Assembly (NCBI GenBank): GCA_016931955.1
Contig: JAFGDV010000008.1
Location: forward strand, 1 to 20,545
Direction of reading: 5' to 3'
DNA: 20,545 bases
From: Candidatus Altiarchaeota archaeon
GTDB lineage: Archaea; Altiarchaeota; Altiarchaeia; IMC4; QMZM01
A program made the translations under genes and the position numbers. Under the pieces are notes generated by a model. The model was not told the origin of the DNA. It ran no database searches and saw only the letters and a program-made list of their open reading frames with translations. Positions 1 through 7,642 of the stretch are shown here, piece after piece; within the stretch, counting starts at the first letter, position 1; every line of letters begins with the position of its first letter.

Positions 1-151
1 ATCGTCTAACCTATGACTATGACCCAGAAGAATCCCCTATTCCCCAGATTTTGGTTTCGACTATGAAAACAGGGGTGAATCCGAATCCAACAGCAGTAAC
101 ATCATCTAACTCTTCAGAACTCGGTTTCGGCTGTGAAAATTGGGTGAATCC
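1..151 (+). repeat. Cluster of degenerate copies of a ~65-80 bp repeat (tail copy 1-24, full copy 44-110, partial copy 114-151)
   Basis: ccagattttggtttcgactatgaaaacaggggtgaatccgaatc...aacatcatctaa (44-109) resembles tcagaactcggtttcggctgtgaaaattgggtgaatcc (114-151). 1-24 (atcgtctaacctatgactatgacc) matches the tail of the copy at 1578-1658. Confidence 0.8.
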
Positions 152-195
152 AGGTCCGCATGTCTCAAGTCAGTCATGCACCTTGTAAATAGAAA

Positions 196-225
196 TATTT
201 AAATACTTTTAATTTTAATAGTATT
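196..225 (+). promoter_or_regulatory. TATA box (TATTTAAATA, 196-205) and overlapping 24-bp imperfect palindrome upstream of the ATPase
   Basis: The box ends 23 nt before ATG 229, the spacing expected for a leaderless archaeal transcript. The same 10-mer lies at almost the same distance before the ATPase at 19369. Confidence 0.6.
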
Positions 226-228
226 ATT

Positions 229-1527
229 ATGGAATATTTGGAAAGAATCCTATTAGATGAGATCAAGAAGTGGGTGGGGAGGAGAGAGATCATACTCATT
301 AAGGGACCGCGGCAATCAGGCAAAACCACCCTTCTTGAAATACTAGGAGAGTGGCTTGAAAAAAAGGGTGTAAAAAAAGAGAACATAATCTACCTGAATT
401 TTGAAGACAGGGAGATACTGGAGAAATTCACCACGGACTCGAAGAGGTTCACTACAAGCTTTATTGCAGACAAAAGCGAGAGATATTTTGTTTTAATAGA
501 TGAAGCCCACTACTGCAAAGACATCGGCCAGAAACTGAAATTACTCTACGACTCATTCAAGAATGTAAAATTCATCATAACAGGTTCATCCTCTCTGGAG
601 ATCACATCCGAAACAGCAAGATTCTTGGTCGGAAGATTATTCTCCTTTGAGTTAATGCCCCTCAACTTCTATGAATTCCTGAATTCACGGGATAAACGGC
701 TTGCAAGGGTTTTCCTTGAAAAACACAAACAAGTAAGGGAATTTATATTTGAAGGGAAAGACCTTGAAATCCCTTCAACTGACATCTTCTCAGGGGATCT
801 ATTAGGATACTGGGAAGATTTTATGATGTTTGGCGGCTATCCCGAGGTTGTTAAAACAGAAAGAGAAGAGGAAAAGAGGATTATACTGAAAAACATCTTC
901 GATACTTATATAGAGAGGGACATAGTTTCATTCCTTCAGATTACCGACACAATAAAATTCAGGAAACTAACAACATTGCTTTCCTCCCAAATAGGTCATC
1001 TAATCTCCTACGAGAAATTAGCAACCTCATCTCAGAGCTATTTCAAAGAGATCACCAAGTTATTGGATATCCTCCAGCAGACCTATGTTATAAAACTCCT
1101 GAGACCCTTCCACAGAAACCTGGTTACTGAACTGAGGAAAAACCCGAAGGTTTATTTTGTAGACCCTGGTTTAAGGAACTATGCTGTTAACAATTTCAAT
1201 ACCCTTGATCTGAGGGAGGATCGTGGGGAACTGGCAGAAAATTTTGTTTTGAACGAATTGAATTTTCTTGCAGCAGATAGGTTCTTCATCAACGTCTGGA
1301 GAACAACAGCTAAGGCGGAGGTGGATTTTGTGTTGAATAATACGAATGAAACAATTCCCCTAGAAGTTAAATTCGAGGAACTGAAAAAGGAGAGGATCGG
1401 AAAGAGTTTGTTGAGTTTCATAAACAACTATCATCCAGAAAGGGCAATAATCGTAACAAAAAATTTTTGGGGTGAGAGAAGAATCGGAGACACAGTAATA
1501 AAATTTATCCCAATCGTCTATCTGTAA
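229..1527 (+). CDS. AAA+ ATPase (AAA_14 + DUF4143 family) with C-terminal PD-(D/E)XK-like motif
   Basis: 432 aa. Walker A GPRQSGKTT, Walker B VLIDEAH, ITGSSS, LVGR, PLNFYEF, GGYPEV, KVYFVDPG, ENFV, EVDFV...PLEVK. Confidence 0.93.
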   Translation: MEYLERILLDEIKKWVGRREIILIKGPRQSGKTTLLEILGEWLEKKGVKKENIIYLNFEDREILEKFTTDSKRFTTSFIADKSERYFVLIDEAHYCKDIGQKLKLLYDSFKNVKFIITGSSSLEITSETARFLVGRLFSFELMPLNFYEFLNSRDKRLARVFLEKHKQVREFIFEGKDLEIPSTDIFSGDLLGYWEDFMMFGGYPEVVKTEREEEKRIILKNIFDTYIERDIVSFLQITDTIKFRKLTTLLSSQIGHLISYEKLATSSQSYFKEITKLLDILQQTYVIKLLRPFHRNLVTELRKNPKVYFVDPGLRNYAVNNFNTLDLREDRGELAENFVLNELNFLAADRFFINVWRTTAKAEVDFVLNNTNETIPLEVKFEELKKERIGKSLLSFINNYHPERAIIVTKNFWGERRIGDTVIKFIPIVYL

Positions 1528-1577
1528 TCAACTGAAAATAAAATGCCTTTACACCCCTTATTCTGTTTAAATACACT

Positions 1578-1658
1578 CCAGAACTCGGCTTCGATTATGG
1601 GGGCAGGGATGAATCCGAATCATCCGGCAACATCATCTGATCCTAAGAGACTATGATC
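1578..1658 (+). repeat. Further copy of the repeat family found at 1-151
   Basis: The first 44 nt match 44-87 at 34/44 positions by hand alignment, followed by aacatcatctga and tcctaagagactatgatc. Confidence 0.8.
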
Positions 1659-1677
1659 TGCATTATACTAACCGCGG

Positions 1678-2700
1678 TTATTCCCCTAGCAGGGCTAGGA
1701 ACAGGCTTACTGGCAGGATTAACAGCTTGTCTTCGTATTTGAAGTCCTTCTTGCTTAATAGGATCCTCTCCTTGAAGGAATAGAAGTTCGGGAAGTCTTT
1801 CTTACCTACTTTGTTCTGGGATCTTAATTCCCCCCCTAGAAGGTGGTCGCCGACCTTAACCACAAAATCAGTCTCCTTTTTCTTCGCATAAAACCAGGGA
1901 AAATGCGAGACATCAAGATACTGTCTGTTTAACCTTGCCAGAGCCTCACAAACAACCCCCTGAAGCAGTTTATCCTCGAAACCCTCCGAATAATCTCCGT
2001 ATTTACCCATAGTTATAGACTTCAAGTAACCACCCGTTTTGAGGTAGATATAGAGATCGGCGTTGAGCTCGTCCAAAGAGGGCAGCAGATTCATGGCCTT
2101 CGATTTTAACTCTTCTACTCTCAAGCCTTCGTAGTTGATGTTGTTCTCTTTTAAGGCAGTCTTAAGGTCTTCACTTGAAAAATTGAGTAAAAAATCCCTG
2201 AAGCTTAAAAGCAAGAACAGTTTTACGTTTATGTCTCTCCTTGGGAGTCTCTCTGATCCCTTTTTCAGCAGTAAGGCATTTGACCCAGTTGCAACAAGTA
2301 ATTTGTTCTTACTGAGTTTCGTCTCAAGAAAATATTTTATTGCAAGCCCCCAATCCTTTATCTGGGTGACCTCATCCAAGAAGATGTATCTCCTCGTCGA
2401 ATCTGTGGAAATCTGGTCAAAATCCGAGAAAACATCGATTATATCTTTCTTTGAGTTCAGTGGCTCGCAGGAAAAATAGAGGATACTCCTTGGGTTCACG
2501 CCTTTTTGTATTAGATCATAGATAAAAAATTTTAGCTGAGTTGTTTTCCCAACCTGTCGGGGGCCAAGAATTAACGTATTTCTGGGTAAATTGAGGGCGT
2601 ATGTAAACCTCTGTTCTTTACTTAAAGACTTCTTTATCTTTTCATCGTCTTCTATCGCCTTCGGGTTTTTCCACTAGGGGTTTTGTAACGATAAATCCAT
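1678..2700 (-). pseudogene. Degraded AAA_14/DUF4143-family ATPase
   Basis: The frame extends upstream of the 273-aa ORF to ATG 2700: MDLSLQNP*WKNP...ILGPRQVGKTT...YIFLDEV...ATGS. An in-frame TAG at 2676-2674 replaces the first Trp of the family's NPWW motif. The product is only ~340 codons, with the middle region after GGY apparently missing, and motifs are eroded (ERLPRR, LLLSFRDF). Confidence 0.85.
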
Positions 2701-2750
2701 ATTGTTATTATAATATCCGTTATTTATAGATATATTGTTATTATGATATC
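2699..2750 (-). promoter_or_regulatory. TATA box flanked by a 19-bp direct repeat
   Basis: atattgttattataatatc (2699-2717) and atattgttattatgatatc (2732-2750) differ by 1 mismatch. Minus-strand TATAAATA at 2728-2721 lies between them. Confidence 0.65.
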
Positions 2751-2815
2751 AAGTTAGAAACAGACTATAGTAGGATTGAAATTAAGAAAGAATAGATGGG
2801 AAGTAGTTTTTTCCT

Positions 2816-3205
2816 TCAATGTCTGCTCTTTATGATGAAGTAGGCAGATATTGGGCTTATCAGCATGACAATGACTGCAACAGCTGATGTGTTGAATTCT
2901 GGTACTGATAGGTCTTCCTGGCATCTTAGAGAGTATCCTGGATTATCTGGGTAACTAACGTAGTTTCCTATTAGCATGGCGTCTGCTATGTTTATCTCTC
3001 CATTTCCTGTGACTTCTGCAGCCCATTCACTGCAGATCTGGTATTGACCCGGATAGCTGACATAGTTCGCCAGTAACAGTGAGTCGTTCATATCTACGTT
3101 TCCGTCGCAGTTCACGTCTCCGCAGATCTCGTCCGCCATCACAAAGGTTGAGGTTATCAAACAGATTAAGGCAATGCCAAGAGCCATATATATTTTTTTG
3201 TTCAT
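2816..3205 (-). CDS. Secreted dockerin-domain protein with PEF-CTERM sorting signal
   Basis: Signal peptide; two Ca-binding-loop segments GDVNCDGNVDMNDSLLLANYV and AEVTGNGEINIADAMLIGNYV; C-terminal VPEF + TM helix + KSRH. Confidence 0.88.
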   Translation of the reverse strand: MNKKIYMALGIALICLITSTFVMADEICGDVNCDGNVDMNDSLLLANYVSYPGQYQICSEWAAEVTGNGEINIADAMLIGNYVSYPDNPGYSLRCQEDLSVPEFNTSAVAVIVMLISPISAYFIIKSRH

Positions 3206-3325
3206 TTTTAATCCTTAATAATTTTTATATATATGGATTTTGGCTTTATAAATCATACATTATTTAGATTTGGATACAATGGTATCCCTGCACCAAGATG
3301 CCTGATGGATTTTTCTCCATCTTTT

Positions 3326-3853
3326 TTAGAATCCTGCTCCCCCTCCTGTTGCGTCCGAGTCTGTCGGATCGAAGCCGGCTCTTCCAGGGTATTTTGGAGG
3401 AGTTGACTGGACTGCTTTGATGCATTCTTCTTTATTGTATGTTTGCGTGAATCCAATGTATGTTTCTGTCCCCATCTGGTCGCATATTGTCTGGTCCCCG
3501 TTGGCGACTGCCGTCCTCTGTATGCATTCCAGCCTTGAGTAGTCTCCTGTCTTGCTGGCTGGGTGGTTCAGCAGGTTGTTGCATAGGTCCGGTTTTCCTA
3601 GTTCTTCTGCGAGCTCCATGTAGCATCTTGTCTTGGGTGCGCTGTCTTCTATCTTCTGACAGGTCTCTGGTGTGTTTTTTCGGTCTGCAGCATCCTTGTA
3701 GCAGTGGCTCCTATCCCAGTCCGGGTTCACGCTTGAAGGATCCACGGTATCGCATACCCATTCTTCTCCGTAGCCTAGGAGCATGTCTATTTCAGCGCAT
3801 CCGCTCATGAGTACGAGCGCCATAATCAGCAAGGCGATTGTTATGTGTTTCAT
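3326..3853 (-). CDS. Cys-rich repeat lipoprotein (paralog of 6377-6925)
   Basis: Hydrophobic leader ending LMSGC. Eight further Cys in alternating spacing, all alignable with the 182-aa paralog. Confidence 0.85.
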   Translation of the reverse strand: MKHITIALLIMALVLMSGCAEIDMLLGYGEEWVCDTVDPSSVNPDWDRSHCYKDAADRKNTPETCQKIEDSAPKTRCYMELAEELGKPDLCNNLLNHPASKTGDYSRLECIQRTAVANGDQTICDQMGTETYIGFTQTYNKEECIKAVQSTPPKYPGRAGFDPTDSDATGGGAGF

Positions 3854-3855
3854 TT

Positions 3856-5790
3856 TCAGCTTCTCCGCGTGCTGAAGGTTACCTGTAGTGTCGGTTCCTT
3901 GTAGGTGCTTTCCCAGTATATCTCTGTGAAGCTGTGGTATGTGTACCTCTTGTCTGATCCCCTAGTCGCCTCCTGGTGTATCTCTGGTCCGTAGTTGACG
4001 TGGAATCTTACTTCTGACCCGGTTATTCTGCCGCTGAAGCTGGGTTCGCTGTAGAATCCGCTGCCTTTCATTTCTACGTCTTTTATCTGGAACTTGGCAA
4101 CGTAGGTGTCGCTGTATAGTTCTTTTCTTTCAGTGTCTATCCACTCGTATTCACAGGTGAGCCACTCTATGCGTGTTTCGTTTTCTGCTATCGCCCCTTC
4201 GATGGTCACCTTATGAGGTACTTTTCTGCCGTCTGGTTGTGTGACCTCCCAGGTATCCGTTACACTGAACAGCCTGCCGTTCCAGGTCAGATTCGCATTT
4301 CTTGTGCTGCAGCTGGCTGAGTTCGAGTCATTGTAGTCTCTCCTCTGGCCTTCTCGTATCTCGTATCTTTTCCCATACACTGAAAGCTGTGCACCCATTT
4401 GGTTCGTCGACAGCAGTCTTTCGTAGTCTGTCTGCGGCTTGTATGCTGGCTCAGTTATCACTGCAGTGGAGTAACCTTTGTCGACTACCTTTCCAGTGTC
4501 CTCATCCAGTAACTCCACTGTTATCTCATACGTATCCGCTTCAGTGAACGTGTATTCTATTTCCGCTTTCTCCGTCTCTTTCTTGTCTCCTGCAAAATTC
4601 CAGCTGTATAGTGGATTCTGCGGTGGATTGTAGCTTTTGGCCGTGAACCTGTATTTTGTGTTTTTCGTCCCTCTCAGTTCTTCGGGTGTTATCTCCATTG
4701 CTTCACCCAGGCATTCTCTTCGTCTTTCCTGGTCTATTATCTTGTCACAACATACCTCTTTCGCCTTCGTCGCTAGCTTCTGGCACCACTCTATTTCCTG
4801 TGTCACCTCTGCCCTGCATATCTCCTTAGAGTATAGTTTCTCGGGATCTCTTATGTCCTCGCATCCTAGGGCGTGGTCGGCGGACACCGCCGCCTTGTGA
4901 ATACATAGATCTTGTGTGAGGGGCTCTTTTATGGTCTTGCAGTTTTTGTTTTTCAACGAATTGAAAAGCATTTTCTTGCACGCTTCTTCATCCCCTTCGT
5001 TCTGTATTTTCTCGCATTCTGTGCTGTCTTCTCTGATCACTGCTAGACATACCTGCCTGAACACCCCACTCAGTTCTGCGCAGTCTTCTGGCATGAACTT
5101 CCCAGGATTTTCTTCCATGATCTTTATCCGGAGGTTGTCTTTTTGCGCGCCTGCCGGCATTTTTTCTGCCTTCATCATCAACGCTTCGAATTCTACGTCG
5201 CCGACTTTTTCCCCCACAGCTGCTTCAGCTGCTTCGTCTTTTGTCGGCTTGTAGTCTGTGTTCAGCCAGCTGCCCAGCTTCTCTAAGGCAGCTGACTTGA
5301 TCTTTTCCGCCCCGGCCTTTATCACTATCCCGATGTTGTTTCTCTGCATTATCCTCTGCTCCCATGATACTACTGGATCTTCTTCCAATAACTCGGTCGG
5401 CTGGATACTGAAACTTAGCTGGCTTATGTGCGATGCAAAGCTCTTCGGGATATTCTCTATGTGAGTTATCGTCTTCTCTTCGTTGCCCACATTCTCGAAA
5501 TACAGGAGCAGTGTTCCGTTCATCTCTTCTCCTTGGATGTCGTAGGTCATCGTCTTCTGCAGATAAATATTTTCTTCGATCTCTTCTCTGGGTGTGGCGT
5601 ATGTGATCCTGTCTGTTGTTCCGTCGCCGTCTAGGTCCTCCGTCGTTGTTTGCCCGTATTCTAGGTCCCCTAGTTCTATCACTATCGGCTCTGTCATTAT
5701 TGGCTCTTCGTATTCAGTTGATTCTTCCTGTGTTCCAATGCATCCAAGCAACAGTATTATCAGCGTTACTGTGGTGATTGTTTTCAGCAT
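3856..5790 (-). CDS. Large modular lipoprotein: acidic N-region with DxDxDG loop, Cys-rich helical repeats, PKD-like domain, beta-rich C-terminal domain
   Basis: ATG 5790 overlaps the upstream stop (ATGCTGA) and is preferred over 5805. Lipobox LLLGC; DLDGDGTTD; Cys repeats ~5085-4710; PKD-like YSWNFAGD...YTFTEADTYEITVEL ~4690-4455. Confidence 0.85.
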   Translation of the reverse strand: MLKTITTVTLIILLLGCIGTQEESTEYEEPIMTEPIVIELGDLEYGQTTTEDLDGDGTTDRITYATPREEIEENIYLQKTMTYDIQGEEMNGTLLLYFENVGNEEKTITHIENIPKSFASHISQLSFSIQPTELLEEDPVVSWEQRIMQRNNIGIVIKAGAEKIKSAALEKLGSWLNTDYKPTKDEAAEAAVGEKVGDVEFEALMMKAEKMPAGAQKDNLRIKIMEENPGKFMPEDCAELSGVFRQVCLAVIREDSTECEKIQNEGDEEACKKMLFNSLKNKNCKTIKEPLTQDLCIHKAAVSADHALGCEDIRDPEKLYSKEICRAEVTQEIEWCQKLATKAKEVCCDKIIDQERRRECLGEAMEITPEELRGTKNTKYRFTAKSYNPPQNPLYSWNFAGDKKETEKAEIEYTFTEADTYEITVELLDEDTGKVVDKGYSTAVITEPAYKPQTDYERLLSTNQMGAQLSVYGKRYEIREGQRRDYNDSNSASCSTRNANLTWNGRLFSVTDTWEVTQPDGRKVPHKVTIEGAIAENETRIEWLTCEYEWIDTERKELYSDTYVAKFQIKDVEMKGSGFYSEPSFSGRITGSEVRFHVNYGPEIHQEATRGSDKRYTYHSFTEIYWESTYKEPTLQVTFSTRRS

Positions 5791-6374
5791 TTTCCGTTCT
5801 CGCATTTATTTGATATCCCCTTGCAATCTTCGTCTGTCGTGCATGGTACGTGGCATTCTCCGTCGATGCATTTTCTGATGATGCAGCAGTCTTCGTCTGT
5901 CGTGCATTGGTTGATGAAGCCTTGGCAGTTCCAGGTCACGCAGTAGTCTTTCACGCAGCGGTAGTAGTTTTCTTCCACGCACTTGTTTCCGGGACAGCAT
6001 CTTTGGTCGCTGCAACCGCATTCTCGGCAGACGTATTCTTCATCGTATCCGCAGGGCTGCATCTCTCCTTCACAGGCTTTTACCTCCGGTTTTCCTGTGC
6101 AACACGTCAACGATATTGGGTCGTATCCGCCGCATACGTGGCAGGGTGGCTGGCCTTTTTTTCCGCATTCCACACATTCATAAGCATATTTTTGTTCTGC
6201 TTCCCTCCAGCCGGTGTCGCACGTCAAACCTGCATCGCATGCGCAGCAGTCGCAGCAGGGCTCCCATAATCCGCCGCATTCCAGGACTTCCTCTATCTCC
6301 TCTTTTTCTTCTTCCGTGCATCCCAAGAGTAGTATCATTACTGTGACAACCAAAACCAATTTTTTCCAGCCCAT
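5784..6374 (-). CDS. Very Cys-rich lipoprotein with small disulfide-knot-like modules
   Basis: Lipobox LLLGC; 34 Cys in 196 aa (hand count); repeated CGxxxxxCC-like and CTTDEDC motifs; 2-nt gap to the upstream gene. Confidence 0.85.
   Translation of the reverse strand: MGWKKLVLVVTVMILLLGCTEEEKEEIEEVLECGGLWEPCCDCCACDAGLTCDTGWREAEQKYAYECVECGKKGQPPCHVCGGYDPISLTCCTGKPEVKACEGEMQPCGYDEEYVCRECGCSDQRCCPGNKCVEENYYRCVKDYCVTWNCQGFINQCTTDEDCCIIRKCIDGECHVPCTTDEDCKGISNKCENGKC
5827..5907. repeat. 18-bp exact direct repeat within the two CTTDEDC-coding segments
   Basis: tcttcgtctgtcgtgcat at 5827-5844 and 5890-5907. Confidence 0.85.
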
Positions 6375-6376
6375 CT

Positions 6377-6925
6377 CTACATCACGACTCCCGTTGTTGC
6401 TAAGTCTCCTGGTTCTCTGGGTTCAGGCACCGCAGGCATCCTGTTCTTTTTCTCTTCTTCTATTGCCTTCAGGCAGTTTTCTCTATTGTATGTGGGTCCG
6501 AAGAATGGACTGTAGCTGTATTCATACATTTGTTCGCATAGTTGGCCGTTGAGTGTCTTCACTGCGACTTTTTGTAGGCATTCTATCTGTGAGTATTCTC
6601 CGCTGCTTCCGGGGTTTATCGGCAGGTAGTTGCATAGGTCTCCTCGCCCTATTTTTTCCGCAACTTCCATGTAGCACTTGGTCTTTGGGGGTGAGCTTTT
6701 TATTTTGGCGCACAGGTTTGGGTCGCCTTTTCTCAGGGCCGCGTCTTTGAAGCAGTGGTCTCTGTCGAAGCTAGGGTCTACTGTGCTTGGATCGAAGTTG
6801 TCGCATGTTTTCTCTTCTACTGCGCCGATGACTTCGTCTATCATGTCTGATTCGCTCCAGGTCAGGCATCCCATGAAGAGGATCAATAATATAATTAGTC
6901 CGATGTATGCCCCTCTTTTTCTCAT
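6377..6925 (-). CDS. Cys-rich repeat lipoprotein (paralog of 3326-3853), first gene of the minus-strand operon
   Basis: Leader MRKRG...LFMGC. CDNFDPSTVDPSFDRDHCFKDAA aligns with CDTVDPSSVNPDWDRSHCYKDAA; PKTKCYMEVAE aligns with PKTRCYMELAE. Confidence 0.87.
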   Translation of the reverse strand: MRKRGAYIGLIILLILFMGCLTWSESDMIDEVIGAVEEKTCDNFDPSTVDPSFDRDHCFKDAALRKGDPNLCAKIKSSPPKTKCYMEVAEKIGRGDLCNYLPINPGSSGEYSQIECLQKVAVKTLNGQLCEQMYEYSYSPFFGPTYNRENCLKAIEEEKKNRMPAVPEPREPGDLATTGVVM

Positions 6926-6976
6926 GTTTATCTATCCCCTTGATTCCTTAAAACTTGGCCTCTATTACTTAATGGG

Positions 6977-7642
6977 GTGAATAGGAGGTTAGTTGTGGGG
7001 GTGTTTCTGGTCTTGGCCGTGTTTGCCTTAGTCGTTGTCGGAGTTGTTGTTTTTTTTCTCTTAGGCCTTGATTTTTCGTCTATGTCTCCTGTGGGCGGTA
7101 AACCCGTCGACCTTGGGGTGAGGCCTGATTTCTCCCTTCTTGAGGAGCCTTCAGCCCATAACTCTGTGATGGTCTTCGGTTCCCCTGATGGCTACTGCCT
7201 TGACTGCAGTATCCGTTACTCTGATTCTGCCCCAATGAATGTCAGCCTTTCCAGCGTCGAGTTAACCACTTATGTGCAGGCGACTCAGCAGGATTCCGGA
7301 GTTTTGAGGGATGCTCAGATCCTTCTTGGAGACGGCGAAGCCGAGGTCTCCTGCACCCTTGATCTCTCATCCTATGGCTACGACTTTTCAGGTCCAGTAT
7401 ACGCTAAGGGATCCATTGAGCGCGCCTCCTCTAACTCGATCTCAATTGATCTTTCAGAGGCTAAATCCGGTGTTTTGCCTGTGCCCGGCGAGGTCCTTGA
7501 TGAGGGTGAAGGCGAGCTTGAAAATAGGATCAACACTCAACTTTCTCGGATGCCGGGTCTTAGAATTGATAAGCTAGAGATCGAAGGCGGTGTTTTGGAT
7601 TTTGAGGGTGAGTTCCCTCAGACTGCGGAGGCTCAGCCATGA
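6977..7642 (+). CDS. Membrane-anchored hypothetical protein, possibly LmeA/DUF2993/YpmS-like tubular fold
   Basis: GTG start, long N-terminal TM helix, beta-rich ectodomain ending RINTQLSRMPGLRIDKLEIEGGVLDFEG; ATGA overlap with the next gene. The fold call is pattern-based inference. Confidence 0.75.
   Translation: MNRRLVVGVFLVLAVFALVVVGVVVFFLLGLDFSSMSPVGGKPVDLGVRPDFSLLEEPSAHNSVMVFGSPDGYCLDCSIRYSDSAPMNVSLSSVELTTYVQATQQDSGVLRDAQILLGDGEAEVSCTLDLSSYGYDFSGPVYAKGSIERASSNSISIDLSEAKSGVLPVPGEVLDEGEGELENRINTQLSRMPGLRIDKLEIEGGVLDFEGEFPQTAEAQP

Noticed and set aside
4-110. Integron attC sites (gtctaac and atctaac fit RYYYAAC)
   Set aside because: No matching downstream GTTRRRY box, the 1578 copy lacks the AAC at that position, and no integrase is visible.
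1-151. CRISPR array or DGR template/variable repeat interpretation of the repeats
   Set aside because: Copies are long, degenerate and lack regular unique spacers. Mismatches are not adenine-specific, and no cas or reverse transcriptase gene is in the window.
2674-2676. Amber read-through or recoding in the second ATPase
   Set aside because: TAG is the normal stop of serA and DP2, and the gene shows independent signs of decay.
3253-3456. 67-aa ORF overlapping the end of 3326-3853 as a possible frameshift extension
   Set aside because: The 175-aa gene already ends at a length comparable to its paralog, and the alternative frame has no motif.
5784-5786. Selenocysteine read-through at the TGA after the terminal Cys
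   Set aside because: The last module is complete at that Cys, the TGA overlaps the next gene's start region, and I saw no SECIS-like element.
6860-6925. Class III (prepilin) signal peptide in MRKRG-AYIGL
   Set aside because: A lipobox-like FMGC follows the hydrophobic stretch, the paralog has only a lipobox leader, and no pilus genes are nearby.
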